Notes under the pieces: generated by a model
Told to the model about the DNA's origin: nothing
Databases searched by the model: none
Seen by the model: the letters and a program-made list of their open reading frames with translations, nothing else
Made by a program: the position numbers and the translations under genes
Shown: piece by piece, positions 8,474 to 18,046 of the stretch
How positions within the stretch are numbered: position 1 is the first letter of the stretch
Layout: every line of letters begins with the position of its first letter
Assembly: GCA_003331585.1 (NCBI GenBank)
Contig: QOPG01000001.1
Coordinates: 50,209-114,208, forward strand
Reading direction: 5' to 3'
Origin: Gammaproteobacteria bacterium
GTDB lineage: Bacteria > Pseudomonadota > Gammaproteobacteria > Steroidobacterales > Woeseiaceae
DNA: 64,000 nucleotides

Positions 8474-10078
8474 CTAATCTCTTTCATCATTCACATTTAA
8501 GCTCAGTACACCTGGATTGATTACTTTTTTTGGATCCATGATATCTTTTATATTTTTGATTAGGCTCCATGCTTCACCTCTTAATCCTCGTTTAAAATCA
8601 TAAGATTTTCCTATCTGCATATGCACACCCCCAATATCCTCAAAGAGTCTGAGTAGCTCAGCTCTTAAGCGAAGTGTAAGCTCTCTTGCATCAAGGTTGT
8701 CTTCAAAGCACTCAATATTCTTTAGAACATTGTCCTCCACTATTTCACGATGAATATCATCAATGGAATCAGGGGTAAAGAAAACTGGTTCAATAACAAA
8801 ACCATTATTTGAAATGACTGTATACAAGAATCCAACTCCAATTTTATTTTCATCCAATTCTAACTGGTTATTTTCCAGTAATTTAGCGATTTTTTTCATC
8901 GCTTCGTGAGACTTTGAATGTGGTACGATAGTATGAATTGGCATCCATCTTTCTCCCTTGGGCCCAATAACATTATTCAATGGAGTAAAGGGATTTGAGC
9001 GCAGTATTTTTGGAATACTCGACTCAATTTTAGAGCCTCCATAATGATCACATATTCTATTCACTTCATCACATGCAAAGATCGCAGCTTCTTTGGTTCT
9101 TTCCTCGATGACAAAGTGGCCAGAATATTTAACATCATCCATATAACGCCTTCCTGAAACCGCAATTTTTGCCGAATCTTTTAATGCTCCAATAATACTA
9201 TTGTTGTCTTTCATTACTCCTGCGAGTTTTTTTAGATCGCTAGCAATACTTTCCCTTTGCATTCTTACCTTTTGAAGGTAAGGGTCAAATCCAACACATG
9301 CATCAACAAGTTCCTGTTTCGATATTTTACTCAACGCATCGAACAAAGAATTGGCATCACTAAAATCATATGAAACGTGTTCACGAAATTCTTTTTTGGG
9401 GATCAATTTGAGAGTTGCCGAGACTTTGAATCCCAAAGCTCCATTATCGCACATGAATAATCCGGTTAGATCTGGCCCGTAATGTCGAAAAAATGGTGCA
9501 GAATTTTTCTGGATGTCAGAACCTGTTTTGATTAAAGTACCATCCCCCACTACGACTTCCAAAGCAACTACCGAATCCACTGCTGAGCCGTATTTGGTGG
9601 AACCCCAAAATATTCCATTTTGAGAAAGCGTCCCGCCGACTGTTGCTGATATTCCGGAGAGTGTTCCCCAAAAAGGGGTTCTTAGATTTGTACTTTCTAA
9701 CTCTCGATACAGAGTTTCCCAAGTACATCCACTTTCAACCCTGACATACATGTCTTCTTCATTAATCTCTATAATATTATTCATTCGTGAAAAGTCGACG
9801 ATAATGCTTCCTTCTTGTAAGGGGACATAACCTTTGGAGTAGGACATACCTCCTCCCCTAGGAATTATTGCATGACCTAATTTATTTGCTATTTTTACAG
9901 ATTCGGTTAACTCATCTTTATTTTTTGGCCGAATGATTGCAAAGGCTGGTATTGTTTTAGAATGAATATCTTGCGCATAAAGAATGCAGCTCTCTTTATC
10001 GACAAGAACATTTTCAACTCCATGGATTTTTATCAACTGTTCTATGGTTTTCTTGTTTTTATTAATCTCTTCAGTCAT
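8474..10078 (-). CDS. FAD-binding oxidoreductase (PCMH/FAD-linked oxidase family)
   Basis: 534 aa. N-terminal FAD_binding_4-like region with IIPRGGGMSYSKGY. Its stop abuts the convergent stop at 8473. Confidence 0.8.
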   Translation of the reverse strand: MTEEINKNKKTIEQLIKIHGVENVLVDKESCILYAQDIHSKTIPAFAIIRPKNKDELTESVKIANKLGHAIIPRGGGMSYSKGYVPLQEGSIIVDFSRMNNIIEINEEDMYVRVESGCTWETLYRELESTNLRTPFWGTLSGISATVGGTLSQNGIFWGSTKYGSAVDSVVALEVVVGDGTLIKTGSDIQKNSAPFFRHYGPDLTGLFMCDNGALGFKVSATLKLIPKKEFREHVSYDFSDANSLFDALSKISKQELVDACVGFDPYLQKVRMQRESIASDLKKLAGVMKDNNSIIGALKDSAKIAVSGRRYMDDVKYSGHFVIEERTKEAAIFACDEVNRICDHYGGSKIESSIPKILRSNPFTPLNNVIGPKGERWMPIHTIVPHSKSHEAMKKIAKLLENNQLELDENKIGVGFLYTVISNNGFVIEPVFFTPDSIDDIHREIVEDNVLKNIECFEDNLDARELTLRLRAELLRLFEDIGGVHMQIGKSYDFKRGLRGEAWSLIKNIKDIMDPKKVINPGVLSLNVNDERD

Positions 10079-10162
10079 AAAATAACCAGCTAAATTTAAG
10101 ATTATTGAATATTAGTTTATTATATCAGTCTATACATCTTTTATGATGAGGGATTACATAAA

Positions 10163-11161
10163 ATGACATCCAATACAAAAATATTATTAAAAACAAAATG
10201 TGAAGGTCTTCCTAAAGAAAGTGATTTTGAAAAAATCGAAGAAGAAATTATTGAGCCAAAGGAAGGACAAATTGGATGCGAATCGCTTTATTTGTCATTG
10301 GATCCCTATCTTAGAGGGAAAATAAACGGCCGACATATTTCCGGCGCAATTTTTCCAGGAGACCTTATGGCTGGCGAGGCAATTAGTCGTGTAACTACTT
10401 CTGCGGACCCTGCATTTAAAAAAGGCGATCTCATAATTTCTCATAGTGGATGGCAATCTCATCCAGTAATTAATATCAATGATGCTTCAAAAATTATTGA
10501 TCATGGGATACCCATTTCAACTTATTTAGGAATTCTCGGAATGCCAGGCTTGACAGCTTATGCGGGATTATTGAGGCTGGCAGAACCAGAAGAAAATGAT
10601 GTTGTTCTCGTTTCTGCTGCATCAGGTGCAGTTGGTTCAATGGTTGGACAAATAGCCAAGATAAAGAATTGTCACGTTGTGGGAATCGCGGGATCAGATG
10701 AAAAATGCTCCTGGGTTACCGATACAACTTCCATAGATGAATGCATTAATTATAAAAAAGAAAATATAACTGAAAAAATCAAAGAATATTGCCCAAAAGG
10801 AATTGATATTTATTTTGATAATGTTGGGGCTGAAATATTGCAAGTTGCGATGGAACAATTGGCAATGAATTCAAGAGTCGTCTTGTGCGGTCTAATGGCA
10901 CAATACAACAGCGATTCCATGCCAGCAGGACCAAATCCAGCATGGATTATTAAAGCAAGAGCAATCGTTAAGGGAATGGTAGTTTATGATCATGAAGATA
11001 TGAGGGAGAATTTTGTGGATGATGTCAGCAAATGGATCAAGGAGGAACGTATTCACTACCTCGAGGATATTACCGAGGGCCTCGCTAACGCACCATTAGC
11101 ATTCTCAAAACTAATGCGCGGTTTTAATACTGGAAAGACGATCATTAAAATTAACGACTAA
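10163..11161 (+). CDS. NADP-dependent oxidoreductase, MDR superfamily (enone reductase-like paralogue)
   Basis: 332 aa. VSAASGAVGSMVGQIAK cofactor loop. Collinear with 1908-2948, including the shared INYKKEN and GIDIYFDNVG blocks. Confidence 0.85.
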   Translation: MTSNTKILLKTKCEGLPKESDFEKIEEEIIEPKEGQIGCESLYLSLDPYLRGKINGRHISGAIFPGDLMAGEAISRVTTSADPAFKKGDLIISHSGWQSHPVININDASKIIDHGIPISTYLGILGMPGLTAYAGLLRLAEPEENDVVLVSAASGAVGSMVGQIAKIKNCHVVGIAGSDEKCSWVTDTTSIDECINYKKENITEKIKEYCPKGIDIYFDNVGAEILQVAMEQLAMNSRVVLCGLMAQYNSDSMPAGPNPAWIIKARAIVKGMVVYDHEDMRENFVDDVSKWIKEERIHYLEDITEGLANAPLAFSKLMRGFNTGKTIIKIND

Positions 11162-11182
11162 ATTTATCTACTTGGAGTAACT

Positions 11183-11932
11183 ATGAGGCCGCATAAAACA
11201 ATCAGAGGGAAACTTCTATACACAAGCAAAAAACTCGATCGAGAAGGTATAGAAAGAGGCCGTGAACACTTCGCAATCACCGTCCATCAAGATGGTAGAA
11301 GAACACTGAGAGCACATTGCGAGATTGATGATGCTCCCAATGTTTTGCGAGATGTGGTCCTTACCATGGATAAAGACTGGATCACGCGTGATGCTTTTGT
11401 GAGAATTTCAGTTGGAGACAAAACGGTTGGGAGCAGCTGGTTTCGATTCGAAGACACTTATGCTGAGTGTGAAGGACTTCTAAATGGCAAAGAAAGGATC
11501 TCGGAAAGAATTGAGTACGACAAACCTTCACCATTGTTTGGCACTCATCCAATTCAGGGTGATGCAATGCATCTTCATATGATCGATCGCAGTCAAGGTC
11601 CGAAAGTGGAAATATATAAAAATTTCCTCATGAGTTCACTTGATCATCGAGGTGCCACCGGACCTTCATTGGTGACTTGGAAAGATCCTCTAAAAATTGA
11701 ATATGTTGGTGAGGACAGAGTTACCGTCGAAGCGGGTACATTCGATGCATTGCACTTTTGTTATGGCGAGAGAAACAGCGATCGGCCCGGCTCAAACGAA
11801 ACTGGTGAACATCCTCCATACGAAGCTTGGGTTTCGGCTGATGGTGAATTCATAATGCTGAAAGCATCCGTGACAGGTTACATGATGACGCATTATGAAC
11901 TTACAGAGTTAGAAATTATTGAGGGCGATTAA
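11183..11932 (+). CDS. hypothetical protein
   Basis: 249-aa ORF preceded by a GGAG SD. No family recognised. Confidence 0.6.
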   Translation: MRPHKTIRGKLLYTSKKLDREGIERGREHFAITVHQDGRRTLRAHCEIDDAPNVLRDVVLTMDKDWITRDAFVRISVGDKTVGSSWFRFEDTYAECEGLLNGKERISERIEYDKPSPLFGTHPIQGDAMHLHMIDRSQGPKVEIYKNFLMSSLDHRGATGPSLVTWKDPLKIEYVGEDRVTVEAGTFDALHFCYGERNSDRPGSNETGEHPPYEAWVSADGEFIMLKASVTGYMMTHYELTELEIIEGD

Positions 11933-13761
11933 CGCCTGTTATGCTGATCAAAAGCTTTTATCTGATCTGCAATAATGGTCATTTGTTCGAGCGCTACATC
12001 TCCACCATTACCGATGCGAAAACCAATCATGCCATTAGGCATCAATTGCACAATGTTTCCACCGTAACCCGACATGCGAGGTGCTTGATATGTGCTTCCG
12101 CTCTTTGTAATAAAATTCTCATGCCAAAGAGTTAAATGGTATGTTTTGTCCCCATATACATTCGATTCAGCCGTTGGTAAACCTCTTATCTCTGTTTCAT
12201 AAAGCGACTCAGAAATACCTTCTTCACTCAATAATTGCATCCCATTGTGTTGACCCCCATTCTGAATTAGCATTGAAATTTTTGCTATGTCGTCAATGGA
12301 GACATAAATCCCCCATGCCAATATAGGTGTGCCGCGCTCATTGGATTCCCGAGTATGTGTCATCGAGATATGATGAATGCCAATGGGTCGATAGACTTCT
12401 TTGACCATCATTTGCCATAAATCGGCATCATCACCCTCTTTGTCGCGAAACAACGCCTCTAATGCCGCTGCACCAATAAAAATATCGCGATCTCTATAAC
12501 GAACATGCTCTCCTGGTCCCCAGGGATAACTAGGAATTTTATAAATTTCATTAAGCTTATCTTCCAAAGTAGGTGCAAAATACCACGCCATATAATCATC
12601 AAAACCGGCGTTATTTGCGGGGCGACTTGCGTCTCCGACACCAATATAGTTTGGGGTGACATTGTGTGATCCAGTTCCAATTCCGGTAGCCATACTAAAC
12701 ACATTTCGGAATGTCACATCTTTCCATCCGTCATGATCTGCATTGATATTGAGGTAATCTACAATCTTGTAATCGAGAATTTCATAACCATACTTCTGAG
12801 CCATTCTCATTAAAGTTAGCATGCCAGCCATGGTTTTGGTTACCGACCAAACTCCATGTCGCATTTCATGAGGATAAGGGTACGGGCCAAAGGGTGTATT
12901 CATGGAGCGCACATAAATTTCTCCATCGATGACAAGCCCACTGGTCAATGTCATTGCCGGATCAATTCCTGAGTCGAAATTTTCAAATACTTGTTTGCCA
13001 AACTTCCCTTGAATTTCGGTCCAATCACGCCATGGTAATTTTGATCCTAATTCTCTCTCAAAATCTTGAGTCACATTTATATTATCAAATCTTTTATGTT
13101 GGTAAGTTACTTCCGTTTGCCCAGTGGCAACAAAATGGGTTTGAATTACAAAAGGGGAAAGCTGACTAACAATTTGATAGCGAAGGGAAGAAATCGATTC
13201 CTCGTCATACAAGAAAGTAGCGATACCATTATATGACTCGTTCTCAATAATACTCGTTAATAAAAATGGAAAAGAAGCGCGTGACATATCACCATCGGCG
13301 ACCTCTGACCAAACACGCCCAGGTGAGACTTGGATTTGCCAATAACTATCAGTATTCTCAGGTATTATTATATCGCGCTCTATTGGAATCAGGTTCCCTT
13401 GATTTGAAATAAATTCCAAAGAAACTCGAGGAAAAAGTTGAGTTTTCTTTCCTTGTATATCAATTGGCAATATTTCTTTTGGATCACTTATCATCGAGTG
13501 CTCTGGGATTAGAATAGCACCTGAAAATTTATGTAATGTATTGTAATGCGCTCCAAAAGGCATGAAATATCTATTCGAAATAGGTCTCTCTATTGATACT
13601 TGTGAAGTAAATAATTTCTGACGCGTCAGTTCATTTCGATTGCCAGATGACTCACAAGCAGATAAAAGAACTATTAATATGATTATCTGGAAAATTAAGT
13701 AATTTATTTTATCAAACAGCATCTTTAGTTTATTCAATAAAGTATTTAAAAATGAACTCAT
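11929..13761 (-). CDS. lipoprotein with C-terminal beta-lactamase-fold serine hydrolase domain
   Basis: 610 aa. Lipobox LLSAC after a hydrophobic stretch. S-x-x-K motif WSVTKT about 300 aa in. Alternative start at 13722. Confidence 0.75.
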   Translation of the reverse strand: MSSFLNTLLNKLKMLFDKINYLIFQIIILIVLLSACESSGNRNELTRQKLFTSQVSIERPISNRYFMPFGAHYNTLHKFSGAILIPEHSMISDPKEILPIDIQGKKTQLFPRVSLEFISNQGNLIPIERDIIIPENTDSYWQIQVSPGRVWSEVADGDMSRASFPFLLTSIIENESYNGIATFLYDEESISSLRYQIVSQLSPFVIQTHFVATGQTEVTYQHKRFDNINVTQDFERELGSKLPWRDWTEIQGKFGKQVFENFDSGIDPAMTLTSGLVIDGEIYVRSMNTPFGPYPYPHEMRHGVWSVTKTMAGMLTLMRMAQKYGYEILDYKIVDYLNINADHDGWKDVTFRNVFSMATGIGTGSHNVTPNYIGVGDASRPANNAGFDDYMAWYFAPTLEDKLNEIYKIPSYPWGPGEHVRYRDRDIFIGAAALEALFRDKEGDDADLWQMMVKEVYRPIGIHHISMTHTRESNERGTPILAWGIYVSIDDIAKISMLIQNGGQHNGMQLLSEEGISESLYETEIRGLPTAESNVYGDKTYHLTLWHENFITKSGSTYQAPRMSGYGGNIVQLMPNGMIGFRIGNGGDVALEQMTIIADQIKAFDQHNRR

Positions 13762-13794
13762 ATATTCACTAAATATCGACTCATATTAACTGAG

Positions 13795-16700
13795 CTATAT
13801 AATTTTCTCCTTAATTATATATAAGCTGGGTATATATAAAAGAGCAATAATAGTAGCTCCTATAACCCCTACAGTCATAGCCCAAGCAAGTGGTTTAAAA
13901 AATATACTTGATAATAACAATGGGAGAAATCCACCCACTGTCGTAACTGAGGTTGTAATTATATGTCTTGTTGAGCGCATCACAACATCGGTCAAGCTTT
14001 CCTTATTTAGATCATTATTTTCATTCGCCTCTTTTATATGAGATAAGACTACAATTGCGTCATTGATTGATAACCCTATGAGACCAACTGCACCAACTAA
14101 GCCAATAAATCCAAAATTTGCATTTCCAACAAAAAGTCCAAAAAAAGCTAATCCAGTACATAAAATAGCAACACTCAAAATAATACTAGCCTCTCTAAAG
14201 GAATTGAGAGCAGAAATTAGAGCTATAACAATTAAAACAAAGAAAATAGCTGCAGAAGAAAAAAGCTGGGCTTGAGATTCGGACCTAGATTCAGCCTCTC
14301 CAGATAAATTAAGAGTGTATCCGGGCGGTAAAGATTTTTGAAATAAATCTATAGCGTCTTTAATGTGATTCTCTGTCTCAGATGCGTACTTATCTGGCCA
14401 TATCCAGCCTTGGACAGTATTGACTTTTGACCCTTCAAAGCGTCCCAATGAGGTTGGTTTTGACGTGAGGTTTAATTCTCCAAAACTAGAAGAGTAATTC
14501 AAAGAATTATCTCCAGGTACAGAAATATATTGAATTGAATCATTAAAATCTTGATATTTTAAACCTCTGACTCTTATCGGAATCTCCTTGTTTCCATCGA
14601 GCATGGTTCCAACTTTAACACCCTGTGTAGCAATTGATATTTCATCGAGCAAAATTTGTAAGTTCAATCCTGATAAAAGCATATTTGAATTATTGAAATC
14701 CAATTCAAATTTAGTACTTACCTGTGATAAATCAGCCCTTGTAAGAAAAATATCCGGGGCATCACTTATTATAAGCTCTAACTTTTGACCCAAAATTTTT
14801 AGTATTTCTGGATCATCGCCAAGAATTCGATATTCAACTGCAGAAAACACAGGTGGCCCAGAATCAAATTTATCTATTATGATTCTTAGGTTGGGATTTT
14901 GTTCAACTATCAATTTTGCCAGATCTGGCAGATTTTCAATCATACTTGAGTAATCCTCTGATATAAAAAATGCATCAGCAACATTGTTATTCCCCAAAGG
15001 AGAATCACCACCAATCACATTGTAGAGTATTCTCGGTAGCTTCCTCCCTATGAACCAAACATCTGATCGGATATCAAATTTTGCGTTTCTATATATTGAC
15101 TCTCTGAGTTTCATTGTTTCTGACTCAGTAACTTCAATAGAAGAATTTGGTGGCAACTCAACACTCACTCTAAACATATTTCTGTCTAATTCAGGAAAAA
15201 AATCCTGCTTCAAAAAAGAAAATAAAATAAATCCAATTATAGGTAAAATAAGAGCGATGAGAATTCCTCGTTTTGGCTTATCAAAATTCCACAATAAAAA
15301 TTTTCGGTAAACAATAGCTAAATTAGTATTTGAATACCCTTCTGTTGCAAGCTCTTTATTTTTAAAAATTGATAATTTTTCCATATAGTTAAGGAAAACT
15401 GGAGTTACAAATAAGGCAAGAAAAAGGGACCCACAAACTGATAGGATTACAGTTATTGCCATTCCGCCAACAAATTCGACACTAGGTCCTTTTCCAGTTG
15501 CCACGGGCAGAAAAGCGAGTGCGGTCGTAGCTGTTGCTGCAGCTAATGGTATCCATAAGTTTTTAAATGATATTAAAGCTGAATTTTTAGGCGAATGGCC
15601 CACTCTTCTTCTGTACTTATAATCTTCCACCATAATAATGGCATTATCTATGAGTAATCCCAATGCGATGATAATTCCAGTCATCGATGTTTGATGCAAA
15701 GGTAACCCAAGTAGCCTGCAGCCAAATAATACAATACATACAGTCAGAGGTATCGTTATTCCGACAATTAAAGCTGATCTTAACCCAAGTAAAAAATAGC
15801 TAAGCAAAATCACAGTATTCGTTGCAAGAAAAATACTCCAAGATAAATTATCGAATTTTTCTGTCAGATAGAATGACTCGTCATACAATTTGATTATAGA
15901 TAACTCGCTTGGCAAATCTGAATCATATGCTTTTGCTATCTCCTCAAGTTTTTTTGCGTAAACATCTATCCTCTGTTTAAAAGCAGCATTTACTTGAATC
16001 AGTATTGCTGGGTACCCATCAACATAAACTATCTCTTCGGAGGGTATGCGTGGTGTTTTCCGAATATCCGCAATATCGCCTAATCTGATAATATCGGAAC
16101 CAGAAAAAATTTGAATAGGAAGATCCTCAATCTCATGAATTGTTCTTAAATTATCCTTTGATTTAATCAGTATTTCTTTATTCTCATCATTGAATACACC
16201 GATGGGTCTCTTATTGTCCATCGATTTGATGCGTTTTGAAATTTCTTGAAATGATAGGCCCATGCTTGATATTTTGGCATTATCTATTTCTATCAAGACT
16301 TCCTCTTCTGACCCGCCGAACAACAATGCCTTATCTGTTCCTCCTCCATAGGCTAATTCTAGTCTCAGATCATTCGCAACTCTTGTCATTAAAATCTTTG
16401 GTGGCGACCCATCGCCGAGCCATTTGACAGCGTAAAGCAATGTTGCTGGAGGTCCACTGCTTCTGATAAGTTCTGTTTTTATCTCACTGGGAAGATCGGC
16501 TCTCGCTTGATCAATCTTGTCTTGTACTTCTGACCATGTATCTTCTATTAGTGACGGGTCAACATCATCTTTTAATTCAATGAGCGTAATACTAAAACCA
16601 TCTGATGCTGATGAAACAAGACGTCTTATCTCATAGACTTCTCTCAATTTAGCTTCCAGAGGTTCGAGTATCTGAGTTTCAATCCTTTCTGGAGATGCAC

Positions 16701-16860
16701 CGGGGTAAACAACCTGAACATTGGCCCATCTCTGAGCAAGCTCGGGATTTTCTTGTCTTGGTACAGAATTTAAAGCAAAAAATCCTGATATAAGAATGAA
16801 TAATATCGTGAGTACAAATACTCTTGGTTTTTCGAGGAATAACTCTATGACTTTCATCAC
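13795..16860 (-). CDS. efflux RND transporter permease (AcrB/HAE1-like)
   Basis: 1021 aa. Duplicated architecture of 12 TM segments plus two large periplasmic loops. Lies directly downstream of an adaptor gene. Confidence 0.9.
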   Translation of the reverse strand: MMKVIELFLEKPRVFVLTILFILISGFFALNSVPRQENPELAQRWANVQVVYPGASPERIETQILEPLEAKLREVYEIRRLVSSASDGFSITLIELKDDVDPSLIEDTWSEVQDKIDQARADLPSEIKTELIRSSGPPATLLYAVKWLGDGSPPKILMTRVANDLRLELAYGGGTDKALLFGGSEEEVLIEIDNAKISSMGLSFQEISKRIKSMDNKRPIGVFNDENKEILIKSKDNLRTIHEIEDLPIQIFSGSDIIRLGDIADIRKTPRIPSEEIVYVDGYPAILIQVNAAFKQRIDVYAKKLEEIAKAYDSDLPSELSIIKLYDESFYLTEKFDNLSWSIFLATNTVILLSYFLLGLRSALIVGITIPLTVCIVLFGCRLLGLPLHQTSMTGIIIALGLLIDNAIIMVEDYKYRRRVGHSPKNSALISFKNLWIPLAAATATTALAFLPVATGKGPSVEFVGGMAITVILSVCGSLFLALFVTPVFLNYMEKLSIFKNKELATEGYSNTNLAIVYRKFLLWNFDKPKRGILIALILPIIGFILFSFLKQDFFPELDRNMFRVSVELPPNSSIEVTESETMKLRESIYRNAKFDIRSDVWFIGRKLPRILYNVIGGDSPLGNNNVADAFFISEDYSSMIENLPDLAKLIVEQNPNLRIIIDKFDSGPPVFSAVEYRILGDDPEILKILGQKLELIISDAPDIFLTRADLSQVSTKFELDFNNSNMLLSGLNLQILLDEISIATQGVKVGTMLDGNKEIPIRVRGLKYQDFNDSIQYISVPGDNSLNYSSSFGELNLTSKPTSLGRFEGSKVNTVQGWIWPDKYASETENHIKDAIDLFQKSLPPGYTLNLSGEAESRSESQAQLFSSAAIFFVLIVIALISALNSFREASIILSVAILCTGLAFFGLFVGNANFGFIGLVGAVGLIGLSINDAIVVLSHIKEANENNDLNKESLTDVVMRSTRHIITTSVTTVGGFLPLLLSSIFFKPLAWAMTVGVIGATIIALLYIPSLYIIKEKII

Positions 16861-16868
16861 ATATAACT

Positions 16869-17855
16869 CTAATTATAAATTTTACCTTCGATCACTTTTG
16901 ACGCGCCCCCAACGATAATTTGCTCCCCGGATGATAAAGTTCCAGTCACATAAGCATAATTATCTTCAATATGGATTAACTCAACCAATTCACGAGATAC
17001 TTTTGACTCTTGGTCATTTACTGTAAGAACATACAAGCTCCATAACCCCTGATCGGATTCAGAAAGAGCGCTGATTGGAACCCAGAGACCCTTCGCAGAT
17101 ACAGAATTCTCATAATTAAGATAGCCAATAGATCCTGGACTTATGAATTCGTCAAATCTGAAGATGGCTAATCTATTGGAAGATCCTCCAATTCTCATTG
17201 GCGCAATTCTTGATAGGGCTGAATTTATTTTCTTATCTTTGATAGTAAATGTGTATTTGTTTCCAATAACGAGATTATCGATAATTTTGTCTGGGATTGA
17301 TATATGAGCCTCAACAGACGATGAATCCACAAACTCAAAGATACTATGACCAGGACTGATAATTGTTCCATGATCAATCATTCTATTTTGTATAAAACCA
17401 TCATACGGTGCAATTATTTTTGTTTGAGATAATTTTATCTTGGATAACTCAAGTTCGGATTTTGCAACATCATATTCAGCACCTGCTTTATCAAGTTCTT
17501 GTGCAGACGCAAAGCCATCTTTTTTAAGATCCTCTAATCTATCTAATGCAAGTTTTGAAAGTTTATATTTGGCATCAGCGCGAAGAAGATTAGCAGAGGC
17601 CTCTCTGTCATCAAGCTCAGCAAGAAGATCACCTTTAATAAAGGCATCACCTATATCAGCATCAATTTTTTTTACAATACCGGGTATTTCGAATGCAAGA
17701 CGAGAAATTTTTGCTGGTAGTATCTTGCCAGGGATCAATTTTATCTCAATGTAACTATCAAGTATTTTTACTTCCTGGAGCTCAAACGATTGCTGAGAGA
17801 AGGAAGAGGAAGAATACAAAAAAAATAATATTAATAATAAAGATTTAAGTTTCAT
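16869..17855 (-). CDS. efflux RND transporter periplasmic adaptor (MFP)
   Basis: 328 aa with a signal peptide and a coiled-coil hairpin region (LLRADAKYKLSKLALDRLEDL). Lies 8 nt upstream of the RND permease. Confidence 0.85.
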   Translation of the reverse strand: MKLKSLLLILFFLYSSSSFSQQSFELQEVKILDSYIEIKLIPGKILPAKISRLAFEIPGIVKKIDADIGDAFIKGDLLAELDDREASANLLRADAKYKLSKLALDRLEDLKKDGFASAQELDKAGAEYDVAKSELELSKIKLSQTKIIAPYDGFIQNRMIDHGTIISPGHSIFEFVDSSSVEAHISIPDKIIDNLVIGNKYTFTIKDKKINSALSRIAPMRIGGSSNRLAIFRFDEFISPGSIGYLNYENSVSAKGLWVPISALSESDQGLWSLYVLTVNDQESKVSRELVELIHIEDNYAYVTGTLSSGEQIIVGGASKVIEGKIYN

Positions 17856-17971
17856 AACTCTAACCTACTTTTGAGAACTGGAACATCACTATTAAAAATA
17901 AATTCAATGATGTTAAAGATCCTATAAACGCAAAAAATATTTGATTTTTTTTTATATATTTTTTCATAAAT

Positions 17972-18000
17972 TTGACAAATCTTTGATGGCAACATAATGT
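17972..18000 (+). promoter_or_regulatory. candidate sigma70 promoter of the TetR gene
   Basis: TTGACA at 17972-17977. CATAAT at 17993-17998 (15-nt spacer) or TAATGT at 17995-18000 (17-nt spacer). Overlaps the palindrome. Confidence 0.4.
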
Positions 18001-18015
18001 TTACAGCGTAAACAT
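17997..18015. promoter_or_regulatory. candidate TetR operator (8-3-8 inverted repeat)
   Basis: ATGTTTAC-agc-GTAAACAT, 32 nt upstream of the tetR ATG in the tetR/RND divergent region. A second imperfect IR AATGTTaac..gtcAACATT lies at 18023-18043. Confidence 0.6.
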
Positions 18016-18046
18016 AATACTAAATGTTAACGGTGTCAACATTAAT

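Noticed and set aside
11183-13761. Locally higher GC (some 60-nt lines about 50 percent) as evidence for recent horizontal transfer
   Set aside because: This is based on eyeballing a few lines, and other lines in the same genes are about 35 percent. There is no flanking tRNA, integrase or direct repeats. A sliding-window GC and codon-usage computation is needed.
17440-17754. 104-aa Ser-rich plus-strand ORF
   Set aside because: It is antisense inside the RND adaptor gene. Its composition is typical of the reverse frame of a coiled-coil region.
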